A DNA stretch of 52,526 nucleotides from an uncultured Clostridia bacterium (GCA_937934775.1 CALGYL010000180.1:1-52526); one strand, 5' to 3'. Positions 35,340 to 44,013 are shown, numbered from the stretch's first letter. Notes: a model not told the origin generated them from the letters alone. Translations and numbers: made by a program.

Positions 35340-35549
35340 ATGAGCGATTGGACAGAGACCGGATTCTCCACCCGAAGCGTACCCGCCGGAAAGGGCGTGG
35401 ACGAGGGCGGCAGCGCGACCCGCAGGCCCATCATCACGGCCAACGGTTACCGTCTGCCCTACGTCCCGTCCGCGCTGAACTGGAGCGACGCCGACGCGCT
35501 GCTCTATACCCGCAATGCCGGCGCGAACCAACTGTACTTGTGCTGCTGA
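35340..35549 (+). CDS. hypothetical small protein (69 aa) ending in Cys-Cys
   Basis: Strong RBS AAAGGAGA 7 nt before the ATG. G/C-rich third positions like neighbouring genes. I recognise no family. MSDWTETGFSTRSV…LPYVPSALNWSDADALLYTRNAGANQLYLCC. Confidence 0.5.
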   Translation: MSDWTETGFSTRSVPAGKGVDEGGSATRRPIITANGYRLPYVPSALNWSDADALLYTRNAGANQLYLCC

Positions 35550-35694
35550 ATGCCGGCCATGCGCTGGAAGAAGAGGTTGGCTTCCACCCTGGAGACAGAG
35601 AGATACCCGATCGTCAACAATGAGAAGGTCGGCCTGCTTGATCCACCTTATACGGGCTTGGGAGCGAAATGATACCTTCCTTTTCTCCCGACCG

Positions 35695-37146
35695 CTATTC
35701 TCTATGCCTGTTTTGCATCCGTACTCTATCCCTGGGCTTCAGGTACCCGAGCCTTTCCGTTTCCAAGTCGGACCGGTTAATCAGCGTCGTGTTGAAATCA
35801 TGCCAGTGGAACGGAGCCCAGGGCGACATGTAGGGGGTCCCAAAGCTGTTGAGCGAAACCAACTCGATGGCGATGGCTGTCAAAAAAACGGTAAAGCCGA
35901 AAAAACCCAGCGCCCCGGTGAACATGATCAGCGCGAACTTCAAGATTCGGAACGGGTTGATCAGCGTATAGTCCGGAATCGCGAAGGAGGCCAGGAGCGA
36001 TACGGCCGCGATGGTCAGAAGCACCGGGCTGAAAAACCCCGCCGCGATGGCGGACTGGCCGATCACGATGGCGCCCACGATGCCGATGGCCGGACCGATC
36101 TGTTTGGGCACCCGGACGAGCGCCTCCCGGAGCAATTCCACGATGAATTCCAGGATCAGCGCACCCACCATCGCGCTGAAGGGCACGTTGGCGCGCAACT
36201 GCGCCAGCGAAATGGCATAATCGCTGGGCAGGACTTCGGTGTGGAAAGAGGTGATGGCGACGAAGATGCTGGACGCGGTCAGCGCGGTCGCGATGGACAT
36301 ATACCGGAGCAGCCGGTTGAACATCCCGAAGTACTTGTTGTCGTACCGGTCGTCGCAAGAATAAAAGAATTCGCTGAAAACCTTGGGCGCGTACAGCGCG
36401 ATGCCGCTGCCGTCTGCCAGCACCATAACCTTGCCTTCCAGGAGTGTCGAGTACGCCATGTCCGATCGCTCGATCAGGCCCATCTGAGGAAAGAGTATCT
36501 TGTTGTCATTGAGCAGGAAGGCCTGCAGTTCGCCAGATTCGCCGATGCCATCCACGCGAATATCCCCGATGCGTTTGAGCACCTCGTTCACGGCAGTGTC
36601 GTTTGCGATGTCCTGAATATAGAGCACCGCCACGCGGGTCCGGGTCCTCACGCCCACCTCCATGTACCGGATGCGCAGGTTTGGGTCCTTGACCCGGTAC
36701 CGGACCAGCGACAGGTTTGCGTCCAGGTTCTCGGTAAAGCAGTCTTGCCCGCCGCGGACGGTGTAGGTCAACTGCGGCGTAGGCACCGACCGTTTTTCCA
36801 CCTTCTTCTGATTGATGACGAGGTAGCTCTCGTCGGTTGAAAACATAAGTACCGCCATGCCGGATAGGATGAACTCCTGAATCCTGGCCCAATCCGTCTC
36901 CACCTTGGCCGAGTCGGCGTAGAGAATGCCGTCCAGCGCCTCCTGCGCGGTCAGCCGCGCCCGGCCGGAGGCGCACGCCAGGACCAATGGCTTGACAACG
37001 TTTTCCGAGAGCGCCAGCCTGTCGGTGAGCTGCTGGATGTACATCAGCTCCGCCCTGCCGCCCCGGTAGGGAACGGAGCGCCTAGTGATGTCCAGATCGC
37101 CCGTCTGGATGGAATCGATCCATCGTTCAAATTCTCCGTGCCTCAT
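35695..37146 (-). CDS. gerA: spore germination protein, GerA/GerKA family (A subunit)
   Basis: The ORF is open from 37179; ATG 37146 follows GAAGGAGAGGA. GerAA-family character, with a C-terminal membrane domain. Confidence 0.85.
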   Translation of the reverse strand: MRHGEFERWIDSIQTGDLDITRRSVPYRGGRAELMYIQQLTDRLALSENVVKPLVLACASGRARLTAQEALDGILYADSAKVETDWARIQEFILSGMAVLMFSTDESYLVINQKKVEKRSVPTPQLTYTVRGGQDCFTENLDANLSLVRYRVKDPNLRIRYMEVGVRTRTRVAVLYIQDIANDTAVNEVLKRIGDIRVDGIGESGELQAFLLNDNKILFPQMGLIERSDMAYSTLLEGKVMVLADGSGIALYAPKVFSEFFYSCDDRYDNKYFGMFNRLLRYMSIATALTASSIFVAITSFHTEVLPSDYAISLAQLRANVPFSAMVGALILEFIVELLREALVRVPKQIGPAIGIVGAIVIGQSAIAAGFFSPVLLTIAAVSLLASFAIPDYTLINPFRILKFALIMFTGALGFFGFTVFLTAIAIELVSLNSFGTPYMSPWAPFHWHDFNTTLINRSDLETERLGYLKPRDRVRMQNRHRE

Positions 37147-37159
37147 GGCATCCTCTCCT

Positions 37160-38293
37160 TCACTGAAGATGATCCACACTGTAGTCCATCATGTAGGTCG
37201 ATTTCAGGTTCACCTTTACCTCCGGCGTGATGGCCGCCCGGGTGAAGGCCTCGTTCCAATCCATCGAATCCGCGATCACCGGATAAGCAACGCGGAACGC
37301 ATCGTCCAATTGCAGGTAATCCGTATGGAACGTCGTCTGAGCCTGATAGATCGCGTCCCGCACGTCCTGATCGATCCTCTGCGTCAGCATGTCTGTCATC
37401 GCCTTGTTGTCCGCGTCATTGAAACCGTACGGAAGCTTCTTGTCGCCGTACTCCAGCGTGGCGTCGAAATTCAGCGAAATTTTGAAGGCGGGCGCGCCGT
37501 TTTCGTAAAATGCCTGGATCGTCCGCTTGGTCAAGTCGGCCTCCACCGTGTATTGAACGCCGTTGAACGGAATGATGTACATGGATTTTGCGTTGTCCGT
37601 CTTCAGAATGTTCAAGCCCTTGCACGCCTCGATGGGAATAAAGCCGATCACCCTGGTATCGTTGACCACGGAATACCCCGTCAACGCAATCTCCTGCTCC
37701 TGCAGGCCGACGCAGGGGATCAGGATGCCGGTGTACGAGTCGCTCAGGTTTTCGAGCAGCCGCGACGTGGTCCGGGAAAATCCTTCTCCGGACGATTCTA
37801 AAGTCGTCAGTGTGTTTTCCGCCGAATAGCCGAGGGACAGGTTTTGATCTTTCATTGCTTTAAAAAGGTCGTCCAGATCGTCCCGGGTGACGAGGGTAAT
37901 CACCTTTTTGCGATAGGTCTCGTCCGCCCGGAGCCTGTACAGGTATTCCAGCAGGTGCTCCCTGGCGAAATTCTCGGTGACCAGCAGCGTTCGCACTCCG
38001 CTGATGTACAGCGGCATATCCAGCTGCCGGTTCAGATTTTGCCGGGCTTCGGCCAGCGTCCTTCCATGACCTTTCAGCAAAAAGTACTTCGGGGACGTGC
38101 CACCGCCGCTGCCGGTACCGCTCTGGCCCGCTTGAATGTTGGCGAACTCCACGTAGAACCAAAATTCCCCGTCCCGGCTGTCCACGGCAATCGTGGTGGC
38201 GATCAGCTTTTTATTGATATCCTTCGAGTCTCCCATGGCGGCGAACGCGGCCGTGAGCAGCACCAGCAGAATCAGCAGCGCGAGCTTGACCAC
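37160..38293 (-). CDS. gerC: germinant receptor C subunit (Ger(x)C family)
   Basis: 377-aa ORF with an N-terminal hydrophobic signal. …KLIATTIAVDSRDGEFWFYVEFAN… matches the Ger(x)C N-domain pattern. GTG start. Confidence 0.8.
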   Translation of the reverse strand: MVKLALLILLVLLTAAFAAMGDSKDINKKLIATTIAVDSRDGEFWFYVEFANIQAGQSGTGSGGGTSPKYFLLKGHGRTLAEARQNLNRQLDMPLYISGVRTLLVTENFAREHLLEYLYRLRADETYRKKVITLVTRDDLDDLFKAMKDQNLSLGYSAENTLTTLESSGEGFSRTTSRLLENLSDSYTGILIPCVGLQEQEIALTGYSVVNDTRVIGFIPIEACKGLNILKTDNAKSMYIIPFNGVQYTVEADLTKRTIQAFYENGAPAFKISLNFDATLEYGDKKLPYGFNDADNKAMTDMLTQRIDQDVRDAIYQAQTTFHTDYLQLDDAFRVAYPVIADSMDWNEAFTRAAITPEVKVNLKSTYMMDYSVDHLQ

Positions 38294-38313
38294 GCGGCTT
38301 ATGCCTTGATTCT

Positions 38314-39399
38314 TCAGGGCGCATCACCCCGCTTTCCCTTGACCATAGCCAGAATGAGCAGCGTTCCCGGAAGAAGGATGCTGGAGACCAGCACCAGGTA
38401 GGGTGCGCAGGCATCCAATACTTCGGAGATGTTCTTGATGCCCAGCGCGAACATGCACAGCGTGTAGAGCACAACGCTGCAGACGAGCGTAATGATATGG
38501 CGTCCAACCTTGGAGAACAGCTTGCAGGCAAATTCCAGTATGGCCAGGAACACCATGATCATGCCGGCAAACAGGCTCGTAAGGCCCACGGTAAGGTAGA
38601 AGATGTCAGGCCGCTCGATGATGGGAATGTTGACGACCTTGATCGCCTCGATGAACGCGTCGCTGTAGAAGGCCGTGTTGTTGATGCCCAGAATGGATAT
38701 GGTGCTGTCCACAATCAGCACATACAAAAGCCCGATGAACACAAGCGTCAAAAAGGCCACCCGCGCGGCTCTCTTGTTGCATTTGGCAAATGGCACGATC
38801 AAGAGCACCTCGATGCCGCCGTAGGGGAATAAAAGCTTGGGGATTGCGGCCGGTAAATCCTTGAATTTATCCGGGTTGATCAGCGGCCGGATGTTGTAGA
38901 TCATGCCCTGGGGCAGCATGATGGCGCAAATCGATATCGTGGTCAACAGAAAGGCGAACCCATACAGCTCAAAGAGCCGGGCTACGTTGGTGATGCCCTT
39001 GAAGGATACGAAGGCGAACAGCGCCACACTGACGGCCAGCATGACAGCCTGCGGCGTCTTGGGCAGAAAGTTCGAGGACAGGAAGTTGACCAACCGGAGC
39101 TTCAAATAGACGCCAACCACTATAAAGTAAAGGATGTAGTAAACAGCGATCAGGCGGGAGGCCAGTTTGCCGGCAATCTCCTGGCTGTAGTCGAACATCA
39201 CCTTGCCCCGAAAACGGTTGTTCAGCGACGCGATCGCCGCGGCGGCAAGCCCGAATACCAGCGCTACCGCCAACACCAACATCCAACCGTTCCGCCCCGC
39301 AGATTGCGCCACGATCTTGGGTAAATCGACGGAGGTGTAGGAGGTGAGGATCAGGATGAGAATGAAGAACATCTGCCGGTTTGTGATGCTGTTCGCCAA
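38314..39399 (-). CDS. gerB: germinant receptor B subunit (spore germination amino-acid-permease-like)
   Basis: 361-aa polytopic ORF with the N-terminal …ITNRQMFFILILIL… typical of GerAB/GerKB. TTG start. Confidence 0.85.
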   Translation of the reverse strand: MANSITNRQMFFILILILTSYTSVDLPKIVAQSAGRNGWMLVLAVALVFGLAAAAIASLNNRFRGKVMFDYSQEIAGKLASRLIAVYYILYFIVVGVYLKLRLVNFLSSNFLPKTPQAVMLAVSVALFAFVSFKGITNVARLFELYGFAFLLTTISICAIMLPQGMIYNIRPLINPDKFKDLPAAIPKLLFPYGGIEVLLIVPFAKCNKRAARVAFLTLVFIGLLYVLIVDSTISILGINNTAFYSDAFIEAIKVVNIPIIERPDIFYLTVGLTSLFAGMIMVFLAILEFACKLFSKVGRHIITLVCSVVLYTLCMFALGIKNISEVLDACAPYLVLVSSILLPGTLLILAMVKGKRGDAP

Positions 39400-39420
39400 T
39401 CTCTCTGTTCACTCCCAACT

Positions 39421-39450
39421 CTTTTTTGGGTATTATCGCCACCTTTTCTA
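39421..39450 (-). promoter_or_regulatory. possible forespore (sigma-G/F-type) promoter of the ger operon
   Basis: On the minus strand: TGAATA, 17 nt, GATAATA, about 20 nt upstream of the gerB start. It resembles the B. subtilis sigma-G consensus (GAATA / CATnnTA). The match is weak. Confidence 0.3.
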
Positions 39451-39542
39451 GCATTATTCAGGAATCTCCGGGTGAAGCTTTCGGCGAAGATGGGATCGCC
39501 GCAGTGTTCTCATACAAATGTAACATGAATCATACCAATGAA

Positions 39543-39690
39543 GCGTATTATTTACCCCAAAGGGACGAGGAATTTTCGATGCAGAACAAGGAGCCGGAGC
39601 GAGGAATAGCAGCGCTATTTTGAGCGGAAGGCGACATGGTTCTGCGCGAAAATAACCGGCGTTACGAGTGATTCATGTTTGGAATTCGTA
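39543..39690 (+). mobile_element. MITE-like palindromic element, copy B (148 bp)
   Basis: Ends TACCAATGAAGCG… / …GGAATTCGTA. Flanked by TCA (39540-39542) and TCA (39691-39693). The core TTTTCGATGCAGAACAAGGAGCCGGAGCGAGGAATAGCAGCGCTATTTTGAGCGGAAGGCGACA is nearly identical to copy A. Confidence 0.8.
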
Positions 39691-39769
39691 TCAATGCCGC
39701 GAGCCCAGGCAGGCGGCGCTACGCGGAGTTGTCCGTTCCTTTGCGTCGTTCCTTTGCGGCTGTTTTATC

Positions 39770-41866
39770 TCAATCAGCCTTCACCATACTAAGCCCGATT
39801 TTACCACGCGCCTTGTCGATGGTCACAACCCACACGGTCACCGTGTCGCCGACCGAAACGACGTCGCTTGGGTGACGGATAAAGCGATTCGCCATTTTCG
39901 AGATGTGGACCAATCCGTCCTGCTTCACCCCGATGTCCACGAACGCGCCAAAGTCCACAACGTTACGGACGGTTCCTGTCAGTTCCATTCCGATCGTCAA
40001 ATCGTCAAGTGATTTCACGGCGCGGCTGAAAATTACGGGCGGCGCGTCGTCACGCGGGTCGCGTCCGGGCTTTTTGATTTCCGCGATAATGTCTCGAAGC
40101 GTTGGCAACCCTGCGCCAAGCTCTTTCGCCAGCGCGGAAACGTCCTCTATTTCGCCGCGTTTCATGACTTCCCGCGCAAGTTCGTAGCTTTCGGGATGAA
40201 CGCCTGTGTTGTCGAGCAGCTCCCTGCCGCCTCGAATGCGCAGGAAACCCGCACATTGCTTGAACGCCTTGTCGCCGAGCTTCGGCACTTTCTTGAGCTG
40301 CCTGCGGTCGGTAAACGCGCCGTTTGCCTCACGGTAGGCGACGACATTCTTCGCGACCGCCGCGCCAATGCCCGCGACATAGCCGAGCAAACTCGCGCTT
40401 GCGGTGTTCAGGTCGACGCCGACGCGGTTCACGACGTTCTCAACCGCCCCGGTCAGCGCGGTATCAAGCGCGGTTTGGTTGAGGTCGTGCTGATATTGCC
40501 CCACGCCCATGGATTTCGGCGGGATTTTCACAAGCTCCGCAAGCGGGTCCTGAAGCCTCCGCCCAAGGGACATCGCGCCGCGCGTCGTCACGTCAAGGTC
40601 GGGGTATTCCTCGCTGGCAAGTTTGGACGCGGAGTATACCGAGGCGCCCGCCTCGCCCACGATCGTATATTGAATTTCTCGCCCTGATTTTTGAATAAAA
40701 CCCGCGATGACTTCTTCCGTTTCCCGGCTCGCCGTTCCATTGCCAAGAACGATTACGTTGATATCGTACTTCCTGCAATAGTTTTCAAGCGCGCGCTCCG
40801 TCCCCGCGATGTCGGTCTTTGGCGGCGTGGGGTAGATTGTCGTAAAGTCAAGGAGTTTCCCGAACTCGTCCAAAACCGCGACTTTGCAGCCCGTTCGGTA
40901 TCCTGGATCGATTGCGATAATCCTCGCGTCCTTGACGGGGCGGACAGAGAGCAAATTTTCCGTGTTCCTGGCGAATACCTTAATCGCCTCCGTTTGCGCC
41001 CGTTCCGTGAGGTCGCGGCGCGTCTCGCGCTCCAATGCCGGCGCGATAAGCCGCTTGTAGCTGTCGGCCAGCGTAATTTTCAGCAGGTCCGTAAATATAC
41101 TCTGTCCCGTGATCACACGGCGCTCAAGTATGGTGGCGGCCTGCTCCGCGGGTGTGTCAACCTTGATTTTCAGCTTTTCCTCGCTCTCGCCGCGATTGAT
41201 GGCCAAAATCCGGTGATTCGGGATTTTTGCAAGCGGCTCGTTGAAGCAGTAATATGCTTCGTAAACGGTCTTTTCGTCCTTGTCGGCAGCTTCGCTGACG
41301 ATCACGCCGCGGGAACGCGTGAAATTCCGAAGTTCGGCGGTAATCTCCGCGTCATCGGCAACTTGCTCTGCGATAATATCACACGCGCCTTGTAACGCGG
41401 TTTCGGCAGACGGAAAGCCGCCGTCCGCACAGATGTACTGCTCCGCGAGTTTCAGCGGTTCACCACTTTGGAGCTTCTGCTTCAGGATGAGCACTGCCAG
41501 CGGTCCCAAACCCGCATCTTTCGCCTTGCTTGCGCGGGTAGCGCGCTTCTTTCTGAACGGCTTATATAAATCCTCGACGCGTTGCAGCGCTTCGGCTTTC
41601 TCAATTTCCGATTGCAATTCCGGCGTGAGCTTTCCCTGCTCGTCAATCAGGCGGATTGCTTCCGCTTTCCGCGCTTCAAGGTTTTTAAGGTATGTCAGCC
41701 GCTCGTCAAGATCGCGAAGTGTCACATCGTCAATGCCGCCCGTCGCCTCTTTGCGGTAGCGGGCGATGAACGGTATCGTGTTGCCGTCCTCAATCAGCCC
41801 AACCGTTGCCGCGACCTGCGCCGCGGACAGCTTGAACTCAGATGCAAGTACTTGTTGTATATTCAA
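39770..41866 (-). CDS. tex: Tex-like transcription accessory protein (YqgF/HhH/S1 domains)
   Basis: …FIARYRKEATGG…, and a C-terminal S1 domain …GTVRNVVDFGAFVDIG…GLVHISKMA…. The ORF is open from 41935, but TTG 41866 is preceded by AGGTGGTGGA and gives the usual (M)NIQQVLASEF start. Confidence 0.9.
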   Translation of the reverse strand: MNIQQVLASEFKLSAAQVAATVGLIEDGNTIPFIARYRKEATGGIDDVTLRDLDERLTYLKNLEARKAEAIRLIDEQGKLTPELQSEIEKAEALQRVEDLYKPFRKKRATRASKAKDAGLGPLAVLILKQKLQSGEPLKLAEQYICADGGFPSAETALQGACDIIAEQVADDAEITAELRNFTRSRGVIVSEAADKDEKTVYEAYYCFNEPLAKIPNHRILAINRGESEEKLKIKVDTPAEQAATILERRVITGQSIFTDLLKITLADSYKRLIAPALERETRRDLTERAQTEAIKVFARNTENLLSVRPVKDARIIAIDPGYRTGCKVAVLDEFGKLLDFTTIYPTPPKTDIAGTERALENYCRKYDINVIVLGNGTASRETEEVIAGFIQKSGREIQYTIVGEAGASVYSASKLASEEYPDLDVTTRGAMSLGRRLQDPLAELVKIPPKSMGVGQYQHDLNQTALDTALTGAVENVVNRVGVDLNTASASLLGYVAGIGAAVAKNVVAYREANGAFTDRRQLKKVPKLGDKAFKQCAGFLRIRGGRELLDNTGVHPESYELAREVMKRGEIEDVSALAKELGAGLPTLRDIIAEIKKPGRDPRDDAPPVIFSRAVKSLDDLTIGMELTGTVRNVVDFGAFVDIGVKQDGLVHISKMANRFIRHPSDVVSVGDTVTVWVVTIDKARGKIGLSMVKAD

Positions 41867-41880
41867 AATCTTTCCACCAC

Positions 41881-42039
41881 CTATTTGTTGCTTTCGGACG
41901 GCAATATGGAAGGCAAGCCGCTGATGGCAAGCCACGCTTTCAGTTCTTCGCGGGTCAGGCGATTCAACTTGATGCCACGAAGTTCATACGCTGTGTCTCT
42001 GACGTCAAGATACGTTTCGCCTTTTGGCAGGCCGTGCAT
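41881..42039 (-). CDS. possible small ORF (52 aa) or 3' remnant of a gene split by MITE copy C
   Basis: MHGLPKGETYLDVRDTAYELRGIKLNRLTREELKAWLAISGLPSILPSESNK. It looks protein-like but has no SD, and its ATG is 3 nt from the MITE end. The in-frame upstream stop is the MITE target-site duplication. Confidence 0.25.
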   Translation of the reverse strand: MHGLPKGETYLDVRDTAYELRGIKLNRLTREELKAWLAISGLPSILPSESNK

Positions 42040-42042
42040 TTA

Positions 42043-42229
42043 TACCAATGCGAAATAGTAACGCATCCAAAGCGCCGAGGGATTTTTGATGCAGCGCAAG
42101 GAGCTGGAGCGAGGCGACCCTTCGGGATACGCCTTCGGCGTGAAATGCAGCGCTACGCTCGAGCGGAAAGCGACACAGCGATGCGCGAAAAGACCCGGCA
42201 CAACGATGCGTTAATGTTTCAAGTTGGTA
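42043..42229 (+). mobile_element. MITE-like palindromic element, copy C (187 bp)
   Basis: TIRs TACCAATGCGAAATAGTAACGCATC / GATGCGTTAATGTTTCAAGTTGGTA. Flanked by TTA (42040-42042) and TTA (42230-42232). Same core as A and B, plus an internal insertion of about 30 nt. Confidence 0.8.
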
Positions 42230-42635
42230 TTACAATAACAGACAAGCGTCACTTCCATACGCGCATTCTCCGATGATTTTACCAGTACCCGCTTCCCCGT
42301 TCCGAAGTCGAGTTCGCCGTCTGCGCCTCGTCAATCCCCCGTGACCAACTTGAGGATGATATTAAAACACATCCCAACGGCGAAAGCGCTCACCAACGGG
42401 GTCAGGCACAGGAAAGAGGAAGTCCGTAACCACCCCAAGCAAAGTATAGCACTTCCTGGGCAAGAGATGCAAATCAAAATGTCTTCCTGGGATACTCGCA
42501 ATCCGCCAGACATTTGCCTTTGCTGTACAGGGCCACGCCAGCGCGGGGTTCACGTACGACCGGTACCTCCACTTTTTCGAAGGAGAGATCGGTGACACGA
42601 TAAGGCAGGCCTTTGGGCCGTGAGCAAAACCGAGA

Positions 42636-42683
42636 AAAAGATGGACGGCCTTGCCTGGTTGGCAGGGCTGCCCATCTTTTTTC
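42636..42683. terminator. bidirectional intrinsic terminator ending the sugar-ABC/URO-D-like operon
   Basis: AAAAGATGG…(imperfect GC-rich extension)…CCATCTTTT, with T-runs on both strands. On the minus strand it lies about 90 nt after the stop at 42772. Confidence 0.6.
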
Positions 42684-42771
42684 TTGCGAGCAATTGGTGC
42701 TGGTATTCAGGTATGCCGATATCCATGAATTGAAATCCGATCTCCCTCCAGTCGCGGATAGGGCGAGGCGC

Positions 42772-44001
42772 TCAGAAATTGCGCACCGTTTCCATGACGA
42801 CCTGCTCCCAGCGCGAAAGGTTATTCGGGTTATAACAGACGGTGCTAATGTCTTTGAGTGTGATGTCCACGGGCGTCGCGTTCTCACGGCACCGTGAAAG
42901 CGTCTCGAGAATGTCCTTGCGCAGAGCGCCCTCGTCGAGCGCCGGGACGGCGACCGAGGCCGGATTGGGTTTTCTGGACAGCACGAAATCCTTCCCGATC
43001 CGCTCGGCGGCTTTGCGTACGTCCGCCCAGGGCGTGATGGAGATCTTGCGCAGATTGGGCAGCTTTTTGACGATATCGATCTTGTTGTGCAGCGGTTCAC
43101 AGCACCCATAGTAGACCAGACCAAAGCCATCAAAGAATTCCTTGGCATACTCGATTTCGAACTCGTCATGCATGGCGGGTGACACCGACGCAAATACCTG
43201 CGCGGTCCCGCGCCCCCATAGATTTTTGCGCTTCACGCGCCCACCCTCAATCCTGCCCGGCAGTTCGTCCACAAGGCCTGGCGTGCAGTGCAGGATGCCG
43301 ATGTCCGCGTCCAGCAGGTTCATCGCCTCCAACCGGTCCATAAGGTCCAACCGGATGTCCAGGAACTTATGCATAAACGCGTGCAACAGCTCCGGGTCGT
43401 CCATCAGATCCACGTAGATCGGCTCTACACCGCGCCACATCGCCAGGTTGTCCCACGGCATGTAGAAACCGGCATGGGTTACCCCCGTCACGCGAACCGG
43501 CAATATGTCCCCGAAGATGCCGTCAAGAAGTGTGCGCCGCCGCTCTGTCAGATCGTCGTCCACGATGATTTCCGGCGGGTGCAGCTTCATCAGGGATTCT
43601 TCATCGGGCAGCTGATCGATGTAGTGGTGCGAAACGATGTTGTTTTCGCCGTCGGATGCCAGAATATCCTCGTGAATGCTGACGCCGATGTCGCCGATGG
43701 TGATGGCCCGGTTCAGCCGATAGAAGGGCTCCACGATCATGTCGCCCCGGCAGTGGTTCCACCGGTACAGCGTGCGGCGCATCTCCCGCTCCACCGAACG
43801 CAAGAATTCGTCCTGACACTTCAGGTCCAGCTCGCCGTCCTGATTGAGCTGGTTCCAGGGCAGTTCGTCCAATAGAACCACCGGACGGATCATACGCAGG
43901 CTGTTGACCGCCCGGTGCAGCTCCATATTCCGGGCTTGTATGTCCAGATGCGCCAGCTCCGCCACCTGTCCGGCCAGCGCCCGAAGGATTTCTCGATCCA
44001 T
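42772..44001 (-). CDS. hypothetical protein, possibly uroporphyrinogen-decarboxylase-like (URO-D/MtaA TIM-barrel fold)
   Basis: 409-aa ORF, last gene of the sugar ABC operon. The fold assignment rests only on general resemblance (…LVYYGCCEPLHNKIDIVKKLPNLRKISITPWADV…). Confidence 0.6.
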   Translation of the reverse strand: MDREILRALAGQVAELAHLDIQARNMELHRAVNSLRMIRPVVLLDELPWNQLNQDGELDLKCQDEFLRSVEREMRRTLYRWNHCRGDMIVEPFYRLNRAITIGDIGVSIHEDILASDGENNIVSHHYIDQLPDEESLMKLHPPEIIVDDDLTERRRTLLDGIFGDILPVRVTGVTHAGFYMPWDNLAMWRGVEPIYVDLMDDPELLHAFMHKFLDIRLDLMDRLEAMNLLDADIGILHCTPGLVDELPGRIEGGRVKRKNLWGRGTAQVFASVSPAMHDEFEIEYAKEFFDGFGLVYYGCCEPLHNKIDIVKKLPNLRKISITPWADVRKAAERIGKDFVLSRKPNPASVAVPALDEGALRKDILETLSRCRENATPVDITLKDISTVCYNPNNLSRWEQVVMETVRNF

Positions 44002-44013
44002 ATCGGTTCCCCC

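Noticed and set aside
41990-42300. An ArsC/Spx-like CxxC…KA motif (…MEVTLVCYCKCTACQKAKRIL…) obtained when MITE copy C plus one TSD is excised in silico and the minus strand is read across the joint.
   Set aside because: That frame stops after about 34 codons. It uses the same nucleotides as the alternative 52-codon ORF in another frame. The spacing to the downstream Y..D and L..WL motifs does not fit the ArsC family, so this is probably chance.
42395-42440. An SRP-RNA-like motif, GGGGTCAGGCACAGGAAAGAGGAAGTCCG (compare GGUCAGGUCCGGAAGGAAGCAGC).
   Set aside because: It cannot be folded into the helix-8 symmetric/asymmetric loop with a GNRA tetraloop, and no flanking helix 5 or Alu-domain pairing is visible.
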